DNA of 64,000 nucleotides from a virus (lineage: Duplodnaviria > Caudoviricetes), in IMG/VR virus record IMGVR_UViG_3300017963_000189; one strand, given 5' to 3'. This document shows, piece by piece, positions 45,902 through 58,800 of this stretch (position 1 is its first letter; each line of letters begins with the position of its first letter). The notes under the pieces are model-generated. The model did no database searches. It was given only the letters and a program-made list of their open reading frames with translations, and had not been told where the DNA came from. A program made the translations under genes and the position numbers.

Positions 45902-47388
45902 TTTCCAAACCTCGATCTTTCACTACTAAAATTATTCCTTATTTCATCAGAATTTAAAGCTCGTTGATATATCCTTACTATAGCAATACTTCCGCTAAAT
46001 ACAGCCGCTGCTGCAGCATCAGGTACAGTAGCACTATATCTAAAAGCACCTATATACAATGGATTTGTTGTATCGGCACTTCCACTCAATGCTGGATCTG
46101 ATATTTCCGGTCCAGCTTCTTGACCATCAACATAAAATGACATTGTTGTATCACTCCTAACACCAACCGTATGATACCAAGTATCTAATGACGCGGACGC
46201 AATAGAATATACTTGTTGTGTCGTGTTTTCCGCATCAGCAATAGCGAATCGTAATGCTTCAGAACTATGATGTCCTATAAACCATTCATTTGTTCCGGCT
46301 AACGCACCAGTATTCCACAAACCTAATATAACAAAATGATAGTTTGACAAATCTTTACCTATTGACCATACTTCGGCAGTAAAATCCCCTTCATCAAAAT
46401 GTAAATCAGGTATATCATCCCTCAAAACTACCGCATAACTATTAGCACCATCTATTTGAAACGCATTGTTATTCCAAATCGCAGCTCCATCCCTAAATGA
46501 TGCTGATATTGTTGTGTCTACTAAATTATATACATCATTACCACTTTCAGGATAACTTTCAGAATTAGCAGCATCAATATGGAATACTAAACTTTCTGTA
46601 ACATAAACAACTTCACTCACATCATTTATACTCATATATCTTCCTTTTGTCGCCAGATAGTTTGTCGTCCTTTCTTCCTCACTCAAAATCCTATTGTATA
46701 CCTTCAATCCACTCGTCTTTCCCTCAAACCATTTATTTGGGGCAGCAAGACCGGTATTCGTTCCTTTCTCCTTTCCAAGTTGTATATCATTTGTCGCCCG
46801 TCCTACGCCAGACCACGAGGCAAACGTGGCGACATCAAACGCTATTGTTCCTTGTAACTCATTGTCAATGTATAATGACATCGTTCCATTTACCATGTCA
46901 CGAGATAATACGCCTTGATGCCATTCACCTTTAGAAACAATCGTCTCAATAGAACGATATGTCGCTCCATATAAACCACCTGCATCCTGAATTAATGACG
47001 CAACTACCCCCGCATTATCAGTTAAAGGAACTGGAAGCGTCCCAGTTACATAACATGCCCCAACCGTTGGACGTGACCACGTTCCTGCAGTTCCTAAATA
47101 TCCAAACATACCTGCTGATTCAGATTGAAATGTGTCAATGTTGAACCAACACTCTATCGTCGAATCTGAGCGATGCCAGAGCGCGTTATCCCACTCTATT
47201 TTGTCGTCCACACCATCAAATTGAAAATAACTTCCGGTTAATTGTGGATTTCCACTTATATCACCATTGTAATTTCCTGCTAAGTCAACCATCGTTGAAC
47301 TACCACTTACATAACTCTTACGATTATAAGTGTCGGCATATAATACTAATCCATTTGTCACGGTTCTTGGATTATGATAAAAACTCAT
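45898..47388 (-). CDS. tandem two-LamG-domain lectin protein
   Basis: Two copies of GLV..D..N..SY...W..YNR.LS..E...NY/F. Confidence 0.88.
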   Translation of the reverse strand: MSFYHNPRTVTNGLVLYADTYNRKSYVSGSSTMVDLAGNYNGDISGNPQLTGSYFQFDGVDDKIEWDNALWHRSDSTIECWFNIDTFQSESAGMFGYLGTAGTWSRPTVGACYVTGTLPVPLTDNAGVVASLIQDAGGLYGATYRSIETIVSKGEWHQGVLSRDMVNGTMSLYIDNELQGTIAFDVATFASWSGVGRATNDIQLGKEKGTNTGLAAPNKWFEGKTSGLKVYNRILSEEERTTNYLATKGRYMSINDVSEVVYVTESLVFHIDAANSESYPESGNDVYNLVDTTISASFRDGAAIWNNNAFQIDGANSYAVVLRDDIPDLHFDEGDFTAEVWSIGKDLSNYHFVILGLWNTGALAGTNEWFIGHHSSEALRFAIADAENTTQQVYSIASASLDTWYHTVGVRSDTTMSFYVDGQEAGPEISDPALSGSADTTNPLYIGAFRYSATVPDAAAAAVFSGSIAIVRIYQRALNSDEIRNNFSSERSRFGK

Positions 47389-49883
47389 TAGTCAGTAAAC
47401 TCCCATTTTAACGCATCGTAATTTTTTCTTATTTCGCCATCATCCAATGTCTTACCATATACTAATACGGCTCCAACTCTCGTTTTCACAAATTGTTCGG
47501 CATATGAATACCATTGCCATCTACCAAATCTCATTGGTTCAGTATTTTGTATGTCTGGCGATGGTATTGTGTTCCAAGCAAAATTCACCGTACTTTGTGA
47601 TGTTTGATACTCTCCATCTAAATATAATTTCATATCGTCACCATCCCATGTATATGTCATACTGTGCCAGGAACCTGTATCTATAGCTTTACTTCTCATT
47701 GTTATCTTGTATGCATCTATCTCGTTTTCCCAACACAATTCTTCTTTATCAAGTATAATAGCATTTTTCCACAAATCACAATTATAAATAAATTTATCAT
47801 CTATATACACACCATAAGGAAAATTACTTATCATTTGTTTAGGCTCTTGACCAGCGGCATATGTATAAGTAGCTAATTGATTCCATTCGTGATCAAATCG
47901 TCTTATGTGTCGCCCATCATCAAATATATAAAATGTATTTGTATCTTTATCAAACTTTATATGATATGGATCATTGTTTGTCGTTTCATCCACATATTCT
48001 AAATCCTTTGTGAATCGTTGTATTCTATGTGTTGTGTAATCACACGTATAAACATAACTTTCGCTTATAGCAACACCCGCAATATTCGTAAATTCATGTA
48101 ATCCCGTTCCGGCAGCAGGCGCTTCAGATTGTGAAATACCTTTGTAAACACCAGATCCAGTTAATCCTAATGTAACCATACTATCTACGTGTACTTTTTT
48201 GATCCTATAATTGTTTTGATCGGCGACAAACGCCCATCGATTCTCCCAATCGATGTCGAAGTCCCGGGGATCGTGCCAACCATTCGTCGTTTTACTAGCA
48301 GCTCCATCCCAACTCTCAGTTACACCTACTGTTGCCCAACCATTCCAACGACCCTTCAAAAATCCATCGCCATCTTTGTTACTCCACCAAATAAATCCAG
48401 TTGGTTCAGTCGCTCCCTCAGGCATAAAAAATCTCGGCTCTTGATAACATCCATTCCACGGATCATCTAATGCTGGTGTACCAGTATGTGTTCCATTTCC
48501 AACCTCATGAAAATTACCATGTTCCGTTTGACGAAACACTCTCCATTGATCACTACGATTGCTTATCATAACATGACTTCCACTCGCATAAATAGATTTC
48601 GGAGCATACGAATACCAACCATTACCCTTTGTAGGCATTAATTGTATCGTCCCAGATATTTGTAATGTCGTTTTATCAAGTTTTACTACTTTATATACAC
48701 CATCGGCCGTTGTATAAAAAATATGTTTATCAGTTACAGATATACCTATCGGCCTACTTGATACTGCTGTTGCATTTAATGATTGTGTATGATTTACATA
48801 TCTTAGTTGTTTATCATATATTGAAATCCTCTCATTATTATAATCAGCTACATAAATATATTCTTGATCACAAGCTATTCCCCACGGGTCACTAAATTGA
48901 TGTTGTCCACTTCCAAGAGAACCCGTTGACATAAGTAAAGAACAAGAATCTTGTGATAACTTGTGAATAGAATCCCATCCTGCACTTGTAGCATAAACAA
49001 ATGATCCAGTCGATAAAGGTAATTTATCTATACAAACACCAGTTGTCGTGTTGATATGAGAAGCTGATACTCCAGCTGCTCCATAATTTCCGCCCCATTT
49101 TCTGTCTTGACATATCCAACCAGTCAATCCATTATACGCATTTGATCTATTTGCACGATATACAAATTCATCGTTAAAATCAACATCATATCCATACACA
49201 TTATTCGCCAATGGATCGCCACTTGGATAGTTCCACCGATACATTCTTGATCCAACACTTGATTTATATTGATCAGCATCATACCAACCCATCCAAGCAT
49301 CATATAATCCAATAACAAGAAATGAAGCACTATCCATCGCCATTCCACGTGCATAAGTACATGGATCAGTATGTTGAATTGAATATGACCATTTTGTATA
49401 TGTTGGTTGCATTGTGTCAGCATCAAAAAATATAATCCCATTGTGATTATTACTTACATTACAATGAGCTATTCCATAACTTCCAGATACGGCTATACCG
49501 TATGGAGCATGGATTGCTTGCGGCATTACATACAATACTAAATGATTTGTACCCGTTAAAAAAAGATTGAATTGATTTCCTTTTTCAAATATATATCCAT
49601 CATTACTATCGGCTTTAAACCATACCGTCATTGAATATGAACCAGTTCTTGGATTTAAGGCATATGAATCTATTGATCCTATTTCAGCAGTTCCTAATGT
49701 ATCAAATGTTCGTCGGCGACCCTTTACCTCAACTTGTGAACTACTTACTACATATGTTATTTGTCCACTTCCAAGAGAATCTTCCCATGTGTCGCCACCA
49801 TTATACCCTTGTATGTTAAACCCATGTACAAAATATTTTAATTGATCGCCAACTATTGGCTTTAATCCATAATATGTACTCAT
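47388..49883 (-). CDS. LamG domain protein with inserted NHL-repeat beta-propeller(s)
   Basis: LamG halves at both termini; DPWGIACDQEYIYVADYNNERISIYD and DPRDFDIDW...FVADQNNYRI NHL repeats in between. Confidence 0.8.
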   Translation of the reverse strand: MSTYYGLKPIVGDQLKYFVHGFNIQGYNGGDTWEDSLGSGQITYVVSSSQVEVKGRRRTFDTLGTAEIGSIDSYALNPRTGSYSMTVWFKADSNDGYIFEKGNQFNLFLTGTNHLVLYVMPQAIHAPYGIAVSGSYGIAHCNVSNNHNGIIFFDADTMQPTYTKWSYSIQHTDPCTYARGMAMDSASFLVIGLYDAWMGWYDADQYKSSVGSRMYRWNYPSGDPLANNVYGYDVDFNDEFVYRANRSNAYNGLTGWICQDRKWGGNYGAAGVSASHINTTTGVCIDKLPLSTGSFVYATSAGWDSIHKLSQDSCSLLMSTGSLGSGQHQFSDPWGIACDQEYIYVADYNNERISIYDKQLRYVNHTQSLNATAVSSRPIGISVTDKHIFYTTADGVYKVVKLDKTTLQISGTIQLMPTKGNGWYSYAPKSIYASGSHVMISNRSDQWRVFRQTEHGNFHEVGNGTHTGTPALDDPWNGCYQEPRFFMPEGATEPTGFIWWSNKDGDGFLKGRWNGWATVGVTESWDGAASKTTNGWHDPRDFDIDWENRWAFVADQNNYRIKKVHVDSMVTLGLTGSGVYKGISQSEAPAAGTGLHEFTNIAGVAISESYVYTCDYTTHRIQRFTKDLEYVDETTNNDPYHIKFDKDTNTFYIFDDGRHIRRFDHEWNQLATYTYAAGQEPKQMISNFPYGVYIDDKFIYNCDLWKNAIILDKEELCWENEIDAYKITMRSKAIDTGSWHSMTYTWDGDDMKLYLDGEYQTSQSTVNFAWNTIPSPDIQNTEPMRFGRWQWYSYAEQFVKTRVGAVLVYGKTLDDGEIRKNYDALKWEFTD

Positions 49884-52800
49884 TTATCTCTTGTACTCCA
49901 CATTTAATTTCTTTATATCCTTTCTTTCGCCATATACTACATAATAATACTCTGGCTTTCTCCTATCAAACCAACTCTTGTTCTTTATCTCTATTCTCCT
50001 ACTTGTCGCCGAAACTACATAAAGATTTTGTGGACGACCAATCGGTGTTAGAGTCACTGTTATAGAATCTTCGTCAACTAAGTTATACCAATAGTTAGGT
50101 AACTCAATAATGTTCCCTCTCGTCTTGCCTCGATAATATATACCATACTCAGGACCTTCAAGTGATCCATAACGTAATCTATGTCCAGGTTTTGTTGGAT
50201 GTCCAATGTCAAATGATTTAGCTTCAGCAAAAAATGTTCCACTAACATGAACATCACCGAATCGAGAAATATATCCATCACTGGCAGTCCAATACGCATT
50301 ATCAGCCGTTACATTTGTAAGATTTGAACCATTACCATAATACGTTGAGGCAGAAACATCACCGGTGACGTTCAAACTTCCACTTATATTTACACTCGAT
50401 GTAAATTGAGAACTCAAACCGGCATTCTCAATAAATAAACCATGTCTATCAGCTTGAGCGTCTTGAAATCCTAACCATATACTATTATCATTGTTATTAG
50501 TTAGTCTGTTTGCCGTTGAAGTTCCAGCACCAATTACAAATGTGTTTTCACTTGAACCTATTTCAATAAATTTACCAGCAATCAAAAATGTATCAGGATA
50601 AGCATTAGTTACAAGATTATCTTGTCCACCAAGAACAACACCATCAATACCACCTTGTATTGTATTACGTATACCACCAATTATCGTGACGGCATACGGA
50701 TCGCCTATCATATTAGCACCATACGCACCAAGAACAGCACAATTAAATGCTCCATCACCAAATCTATTTTGTTCTCCACCAAGAATGATAGAATAGTCAG
50801 ATGAACCAGATAATTCTTGTGCGTCTCCACCAATAATCACAGAATAATTAGAATCATTTAAAATACCACTTTCAACACCTAACATTACAGCAAGATAAGA
50901 ACCAGAAATTGTAGCACCAAGTGCGTTAGCAAAAGTATAAGCTGAATTATTTATAAGTAACGTATCACCAAATGCGAATACTTCAGAATTATTACTCGTT
51001 ATATTATTATCAAATCCTGCAATCAAACCATTCGAAAAATCACTAACATAATGATTTGAACCAACAATCAAACTTCCAAAAACATCGTCCACTATTCCGG
51101 TTGTATTGTCAGCAAAATCACATACAATAGAGCCCCATATCCTACTTGCTGTTTTAGCAGCTGTAAATGGATTTAATACCACAATAGAACCGGTAATGTC
51201 TTGAACAGTTAATGGAATGTCAGTTGATGGATTGCGTCTTCCAATAATAACAAGAGATTCTTCAAGTCCGGTTACATTACTTTGATATTTACCGGCGATA
51301 AGTACAGAATTATTAACATCGAGACTTCCTGTTATTGTAACATCACTCACACGTTCAATGTGACCATCAGCAAATGAACCGGTCCACAATCCACCTTCAC
51401 CCGGTGATATGTTTGTAAGTCCAGATCCATCACCAATAAAAGATGAAGCACTAACTTGTCCAGTAAACCAAGAATTATCATAACTTATTAACGCAGCAAC
51501 TACATCATTTTCAGCAAATCTATGTTCACCACCATTAGGCACATTATACCAAAAATCATTTGTTGTAAATCCATTTCCAATGTATCTTAGTGACGCACCC
51601 GGTGATCCAGCAGCAACATTCGTCATAATAAATCGTGATGCTCTAACACTTCCACTAACCTCTAACTTTTGTGTTGGATTAGTCATTCCAATACCAACGT
51701 TACCGGTTAAACCAGATCCCCAGCGACCAGGTTGTAAGATTAGATCAGCACTTTGAGTTGCTTCCATATAACCATATGTACCATTGTAACCAATAGCCAT
51801 AAATTCAGTATCAGTTGGATCACCTATTCTAAAATACGCATCAGATGTAACACCATATGAACGAAGTTTCATATATTGTGTTCCAGCTTTTGTCGCATCA
51901 AAAATAAATCCACGAGTAGTTGTGTCGCCAGAACCACTAAACATCCAATAATCATCGTCAGCATTTTCAACGAATTTTATAGTCATTTGTTGTGGCGATG
52001 CATTAAGAGTCAAATCACCACTACTATTTAATAATAATCTCGCCGTTCCAGATCCAGCTCCAGTTGTCGCACCACTCCTAATACCAAATATACCATTATC
52101 ATTCATTATGTTATATGTATGAACACTCGATTCTAAGAAAAATCGAGCACTATCAGTATTATCATTTGTGTCGGGACTAAGAACTAATCCGTTTGCTCCG
52201 GCAGCAGTTATATCTAATGTAGTTGATGGAGTAGCTGTATTTATTCCTACATTACTAAATCTATGTATGTCGCCACCCGAAGCAGTCCAATATCCTTGTG
52301 ATAAACCACTAAGTTGTGAACCATCACCATAAAAACGGGACGCAGATACGTCACTCCAAACATGAAGTGAAGCGGTTCCGACAGCAGGTTGAGCCGTTCC
52401 TATTCCAACATTACTACCGGTAACCACAAGAGCATTAGTGTTGAATTTTCCGGCGACAACTCGATCATCGTCAAATACCTCTAATATAGGTAATCCACTT
52501 ATATCACTTACAGCAAATAAACTTCCACTCAATTCATCTAATACTTGGAATAGAGCACCATTTTGACCCTCAACTAAAAAGGCTCTACTTCCGGTATCTT
52601 GTGAATAAACATGAAGTTTAGCATCAACACTACTTCCACTTACACCAATACCAACAGAATTTGATCCACTATTCAACCATACTACTGACGCACTCTCTTG
52701 CCAGATTGACGCAGATAAGGCGACATTTGGATCGGTTGAAGTTCCTGCATTCTCAGCATATGACGCTGTTACAGCAAATAAAGATGTGCTCGATGAAATA

Positions 52801-55800
52801 GCAACACTCGCACTATCAGCGTTATCCGCATAAAGAGCATGACTTGATGAAACAACACCAGTCACATTAGCTCCATCGCCATAGAAAGCTGATGCTGAAA
52901 CATTTTCCCAAACGTGTAGTGATTCTTGTGGCGAAGTTGTATTTATACCAACACTTCCGGAAAATGTCGAAATACCACTTTCTTGTACACGAAATCTATC
53001 AATTAAATCACTATCCTCAACAACCAATAAGGCTGCGGTAGTAGCACCAGCTCTAATCAAAACCGCCGTTGTTTCAGACGTATTTTGAGTGAAATATGCT
53101 CCATACGAATCTTGACCACCAAAATAACTTTGATCAGCAAATATAGTTTGTGTCGCACGAATATCACCGGTTACGTCTAATTCATACGAAGGTGTAGTAT
53201 CTCCTATACCAACTTTATTTTTGAAATAATTTACTGTTTCACCAAATTCAACCCAACGATTAGCAGCAGTTGAAAATGGAAATAAACCAAGTTGAATTGA
53301 ATATGAAGCGTTGGCAGCCCAGTGTTCTGCGTCTCGACCTTCCCAACGAATTACTCCGGTTTCACCCTCAGAAGCAGAAAATTCGAAATCAACTAAATTC
53401 AAATCAGGATTTTCAATCATCATTCCAGTAATACCGGTTCTACTTTGTAATCTTATTCGTGTCGTACCAAGTGTGTCGCCAGTTTGTTCAATCACAAATT
53501 CATTATCAGCAGTTGTAAGATGGGTAGAATCTTGTATCTTCAATGTTCCAGAAATATGGACATCACTGACTCGTTTGATGTATCCGTCAGAACCAGTCCA
53601 ATATGAACCACTACCAATAGGTGTATCTATTCCAGTAAGATTACTTCCATCACCAAAATAAGTTGAAGCAGAAACAATAGATGCGGAAACCGGACCATCA
53701 ACAATAAGACTTCCACTTATATTTACACTCGATGTAAATTGAGAAATTAATCCGGCACTCTCAATGAATAGTCCATGTCTATCAGCTTGAGCGTCTTGAA
53801 ATCCTAACCATATACTATTATTGTTATTATTTGTTAATCTGTTGCTCGTTGATGTACCGGAACCTATTACAAATGTATTTCCACCTGATCCAATTTCAAC
53901 AAACTTACCTGCAATCAAAAATGTATCAGGATACGCATCAGTTACAAAGTTGTCTTGACCACCAAGTATAACCCCATCTATACCACCTGCCATAGCATTA
54001 CGTATACCACCAATTATTACATTACTATACGCACCACCATCCATTTGTCCTGCATATGCACCAATTATGGCATTATTTTGAGTACCGTCGCCAATTTGAT
54101 TTTGTTCTCCACCAAGAATAACAGAATAATCAGACGAACCACTTATTGTATTCGCATCCCCAGCATAAATACCAGCATAATTTGTATCATTTATTGTATG
54201 ATTTATTCCTATCGCTACAGAATCCGCCGATCCAGACATAATAATTGTATCACCAAGTGCGAAAACAACATCCGATTGATAAATTTCATTATATTGTCCA
54301 GCAACAAATAATCCACCATTATCACTTGCGGGACTTACGGCTTTATTATATAATCCAACAATAAAACTATCAGTAGTGCTATCTATTGTATGAGCTAAAC
54401 CTGCAATAAACGAGTTTCCAATATTTTTGACTTCGGACGCACCATATAATTGAATAATACTTGAATTAATATTACTTGCTGATATATCACCAGCTGCAGG
54501 AGCGGAATTTTTATAATCTCCACCCGCATCAAACATTACTAAACTTGATGTTATTTGTGTCGCGTAAAATGGACTGAATTGTGGAATATAATTTCTATCT
54601 CGGCCAAACAATAACATATTTTTGTTTAAGTTAGAATCTATTGAACCTGTTATTCCATTATTCCCAAGAATAAAATTAGTTTGAGTGTAGGAATTGTTAC
54701 TCGCATCAAAACTACCAGTTACTTGTACTCTACTACTTCTTTCAATATATCCGGCTTGACTTCCCGTCCAATATGAACCACTACCAACAGGAATAGGTAA
54801 GTTTGTAAGATTCGCACCATCACCATAAAATGCTGAAGCCGTTACATTACCCCAAACATGAAGTTTATCAACAGGAGCTGTTGTTCCAATTCCTATATTA
54901 TGTGAATTATTTATATATAAATCTTCACCATCATTTGCTCCCAAAACAAGTGGATTATTTGTTCGGCCATACAATTTAATTGCTCTATTTCCTAACCCAT
55001 CATCTAGCGCTACTATTTGTGATATTGTTCCGGTATTATCTCCTAAACTTACTAAAACGATTCCACCACCGGCATTTCTTTTTACAATAAGTGGAAGGCC
55101 AGTATCAGATATTGAAAGAGAACCTGTTATTTCATGAGTATTAGCTACCGCATTTCCAAGTTTTGTTGAACCGGCTACATCAAGTATTGCTTGTGGATCG
55201 GTAGTTCCTATACCTACATTTCCACCACGTTTGAACGCTACACGACCGGTCGTTCCATCATGAAATAATAGTTGTGTTCCATCACTCGTTTCTGCTGGAT
55301 TTAATATAGCCCATGTCAATGAACCAGTTCTATAAAAACGTAGTTGATCTTGTCCACCTGCATCACAATCTACTCCAATCATTGCACTCGTATTTATATT
55401 CGCATGAACATATAAATCGTTTTGTGGATTTGTCGTTCCTATACCCACATAACCCAATCTATGTATTTCATTCGCAGCACTCATTGTCCAATAAGCATTC
55501 TCAGCCCATGAAGCTGATGTAGCAAATGAAGCATAACTTGATGAAATTACTCCAGTTACATTTGCTCCATCACCGTAAAAGCGGGACGCTGATACATCAC
55601 TCCAAACGTGTAATGATGAAGTTCCTACCGCATGACTATCCGTTCCAATACCTACATTTGAAGTTGAACTTGAAACACTAAGTATAGCGTCACCAACCTT
55701 CAACAATGAATCAAACGGAGCAATACCTTGAATCTCAAGTTGTGATTTTGGAACAGTCGTACCAATACCAACATATCTACTAAAAGGTATTCTCATTACT

Positions 55801-58800
55801 TCAGTACCAGATACAGTAAATGAAAAATATGATCCACCACCACCAGAACTCAACGCCATATAATCATTTGATTGTATGTTAGCACCATTTCCACCGTCGC
55901 CAAGATCGGCAAATGTAAGTGTTGGTGTAGCAGACGCATCAAGTTTTATGAATCCATTTCCACTATTATCTTTAGCAATAATTGTTCCACTCACGTGAGC
56001 ATTTCCAAGAACATGAAGTGCTTCAGTTGGATTTTGAACTCCTATTCCAACAAGATCAGATGTATCATTCAAAAATACATCATTTCCATTCTTTTGCCAG
56101 ATTGAAGCTGATGTAGCAAGATTACCAGTTATGTTATCTCCATTTCCATAAAAAGCAGAAGCAGTTACATCGTTCCAAACATGAAGTCCACCCGCACCAC
56201 CGACAGGTGATGTCGTTCCAATACCTACTTCATTCAAGAAATATGAACGGCTACCACTTTGTTGTATTGATCCAGTAAATGAATGTATATCACTTGCATC
56301 GTCGCCAAACTTAGTCGATCCACTTGAATATAAAATCGACGATGAAAAATATGTCGTTTGTATCTCGTTGGCGAAAAGAACGCCGTATATAGTTGCGTCA
56401 CCGTTTACCACAAGTCCACCATCTATCGACATCGACTGATCAACCTGTATGTTGGACGCTGTTATTCTTGGAGTTATTATGTTGGACGCTGTTATGAATC
56501 CCTTTACCGTAATAGCATCCTCAAATTGAGCATCACTCGATGAAATACTTGTCCACACATGAAACTTAGCTACAGGTTCTGCAGTTCCTATACCTATATT
56601 GCTTCCGGTCGTGAATACAAGAAACGGTTGATTGTCGTCCAGGGACGCTTCACCTACTTGTTCCATATCTCCACCAGTTAAAAAGGCGAACTTGAACTTT
56701 CCACCATCCGAATCATCTACTCCATGCGCCCAAGATATGTCATTGTTGTTGTAATAACTTATCAACATATTTCCACGAGAATCACCGGATTCAAAATATG
56801 AGTTGTGAATCGATAATCTTGTGTCACCTGCAGAAGCACTATCTATTATCATGTGAGCGTTTCCACCGGAAATATGAAGTCTCGCTTTTGGTGAAGTATT
56901 TCCAACTCCAACATAACGAGCAGTATCTACAAGAAATACCGTATTTAATCCATCACTACCTGTCCAAGTGTTTGAAGCACCATCAATACCACTCGTTCCG
57001 GAAGTTCCTGCGGAACCAGTAGGCCCAGCAGAACCAGTAGGCCCAGTAATTCCACTTGTACCTGAAGTTCCATTTATACCTGAAGTTCCACTTGTACCTG
57101 ACGCACCACTCGTTCTACGTTTAAATTGACCACTACCACTATCCCAAACTACAAAGTCGCCAAGACCTTCATTCGATTGTATATTCCTCAAACCTAATGA
57201 ACCACTAACATCTACGCTCGACGTTATAACCATATCTTGACCACTATTATTCAAAAAGAGTCCATATACATTAGCAGCAGATGTTGGACGAAAAGCTAAC
57301 CAAATACTATTATTATTATCATTTACTAATCTATTTGCTGCTGAATTTCCGGATCCAATTACAAATGTATTTCCACCTGATCCAATTTCAACAAACTTAC
57401 CTGCAATCAAAAATGTATCAGGATAATCGTCAGTTACAAGATTGTCTTGACCACCAAGTATAACTCCATCTATACCACCAGCTATAACATTACGTATACC
57501 ACCAATAATAACTGATCCATATGCGCCACCATCAATTTGACCTTGAAATGCAGAAATAATAGAATTATTTCCCGATCCACCACCAATTTGACCTTGTTCA
57601 CCACCGATAATTGTTGAATAATCACAACCACCACTTATTTGACTTGAATCTCCAACAAAAAGACCTGATCCCCACTCACTGTCCATAAAATGATTATATC
57701 CACCAATAATAGCTGCATCACCAGATCCAGAAGATATGGATGAATCAGATAACATAAATACTGCATATGCTCCATGAAGTTTATTTCCGTATCCCCCAAC
57801 CCAAACAGTTTGATTATAATTGCTAGATAAACTATAAAGTTCATTTGATTGACCAAAAATAAAACTACCATCACCTAAACGATATACATTATTTGTATCT
57901 CCACCTACAAATGAAGCTCCAATAGAATCAATACTTCCTCTACCGTATTGTTGAACAATACTGGCAACAATATTACTTGCTGAAAGAGCTCCTGCAGCTG
58001 GAGCTGAACCTTTATAATCTCCACCAGCATCAAACATTATTAAACTTGATGTATTTTTTGTAGAATAAAATGGACTGTATTGTGGAACATAATTTACATC
58101 TCGACCAAACAATAAAATATTTTTTCCAAGATATGTACTTATTGATTCATTTAATAAAGCAGCATTCCCAAGAATAAAATTATTTTGAGCATAAGAATTA
58201 TCACTTACATCAAAACTACCGGTAACTTTTACATTACCTACTCTTTCAATATAACCAGTAAATGAACCCGTCCACAACGAACCACTACCAACAGGAATAG
58301 AAAGATTTGTAAGTCCAGATCCATCACCAGTGAAAGATGAAGCTGATACATCACCGTCAACATTCAAACTTCCACTAATATTTACACTTGATGTAAATTG
58401 AGAACTCAAACCTGCATTTTCAATAAACAATCCATGTCTATCAATCGCAGTTGATCGGCGAAAACCTAACCATATACTATCAGTATGAGTGTTTATTAAT
58501 TTATTTGACGAGTTAAAACCGCGACCTAATACAATAGCATTATTAACACCATCTATTGTAATATATCTACCCATAATCATACTGGAATTTGCTCCACCGA
58601 TTATCCTATTGTAATCTCCACCAATAATTACATTATACGCTCCAGCATCCAAATGATTATCAAATCCAGCTATTATAGCATTTCCATAAGTACCATTATT
58701 TATTGATGAAAAATTAGAAGAATATATACCACTACTATATGCGTTGTCGCCAATCGTACTTGAATCACTACCAACAACTGCTACTAAATTTGAACCTGAA

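Noticed and set aside
50380-57510. Diversity-generating retroelement TR/VR pair or shufflon in the fibre repeats
   Set aside because: Differences between copies are not adenine-specific, all copies are in-frame coding direct repeats, and no reverse transcriptase or invertase is in the window.
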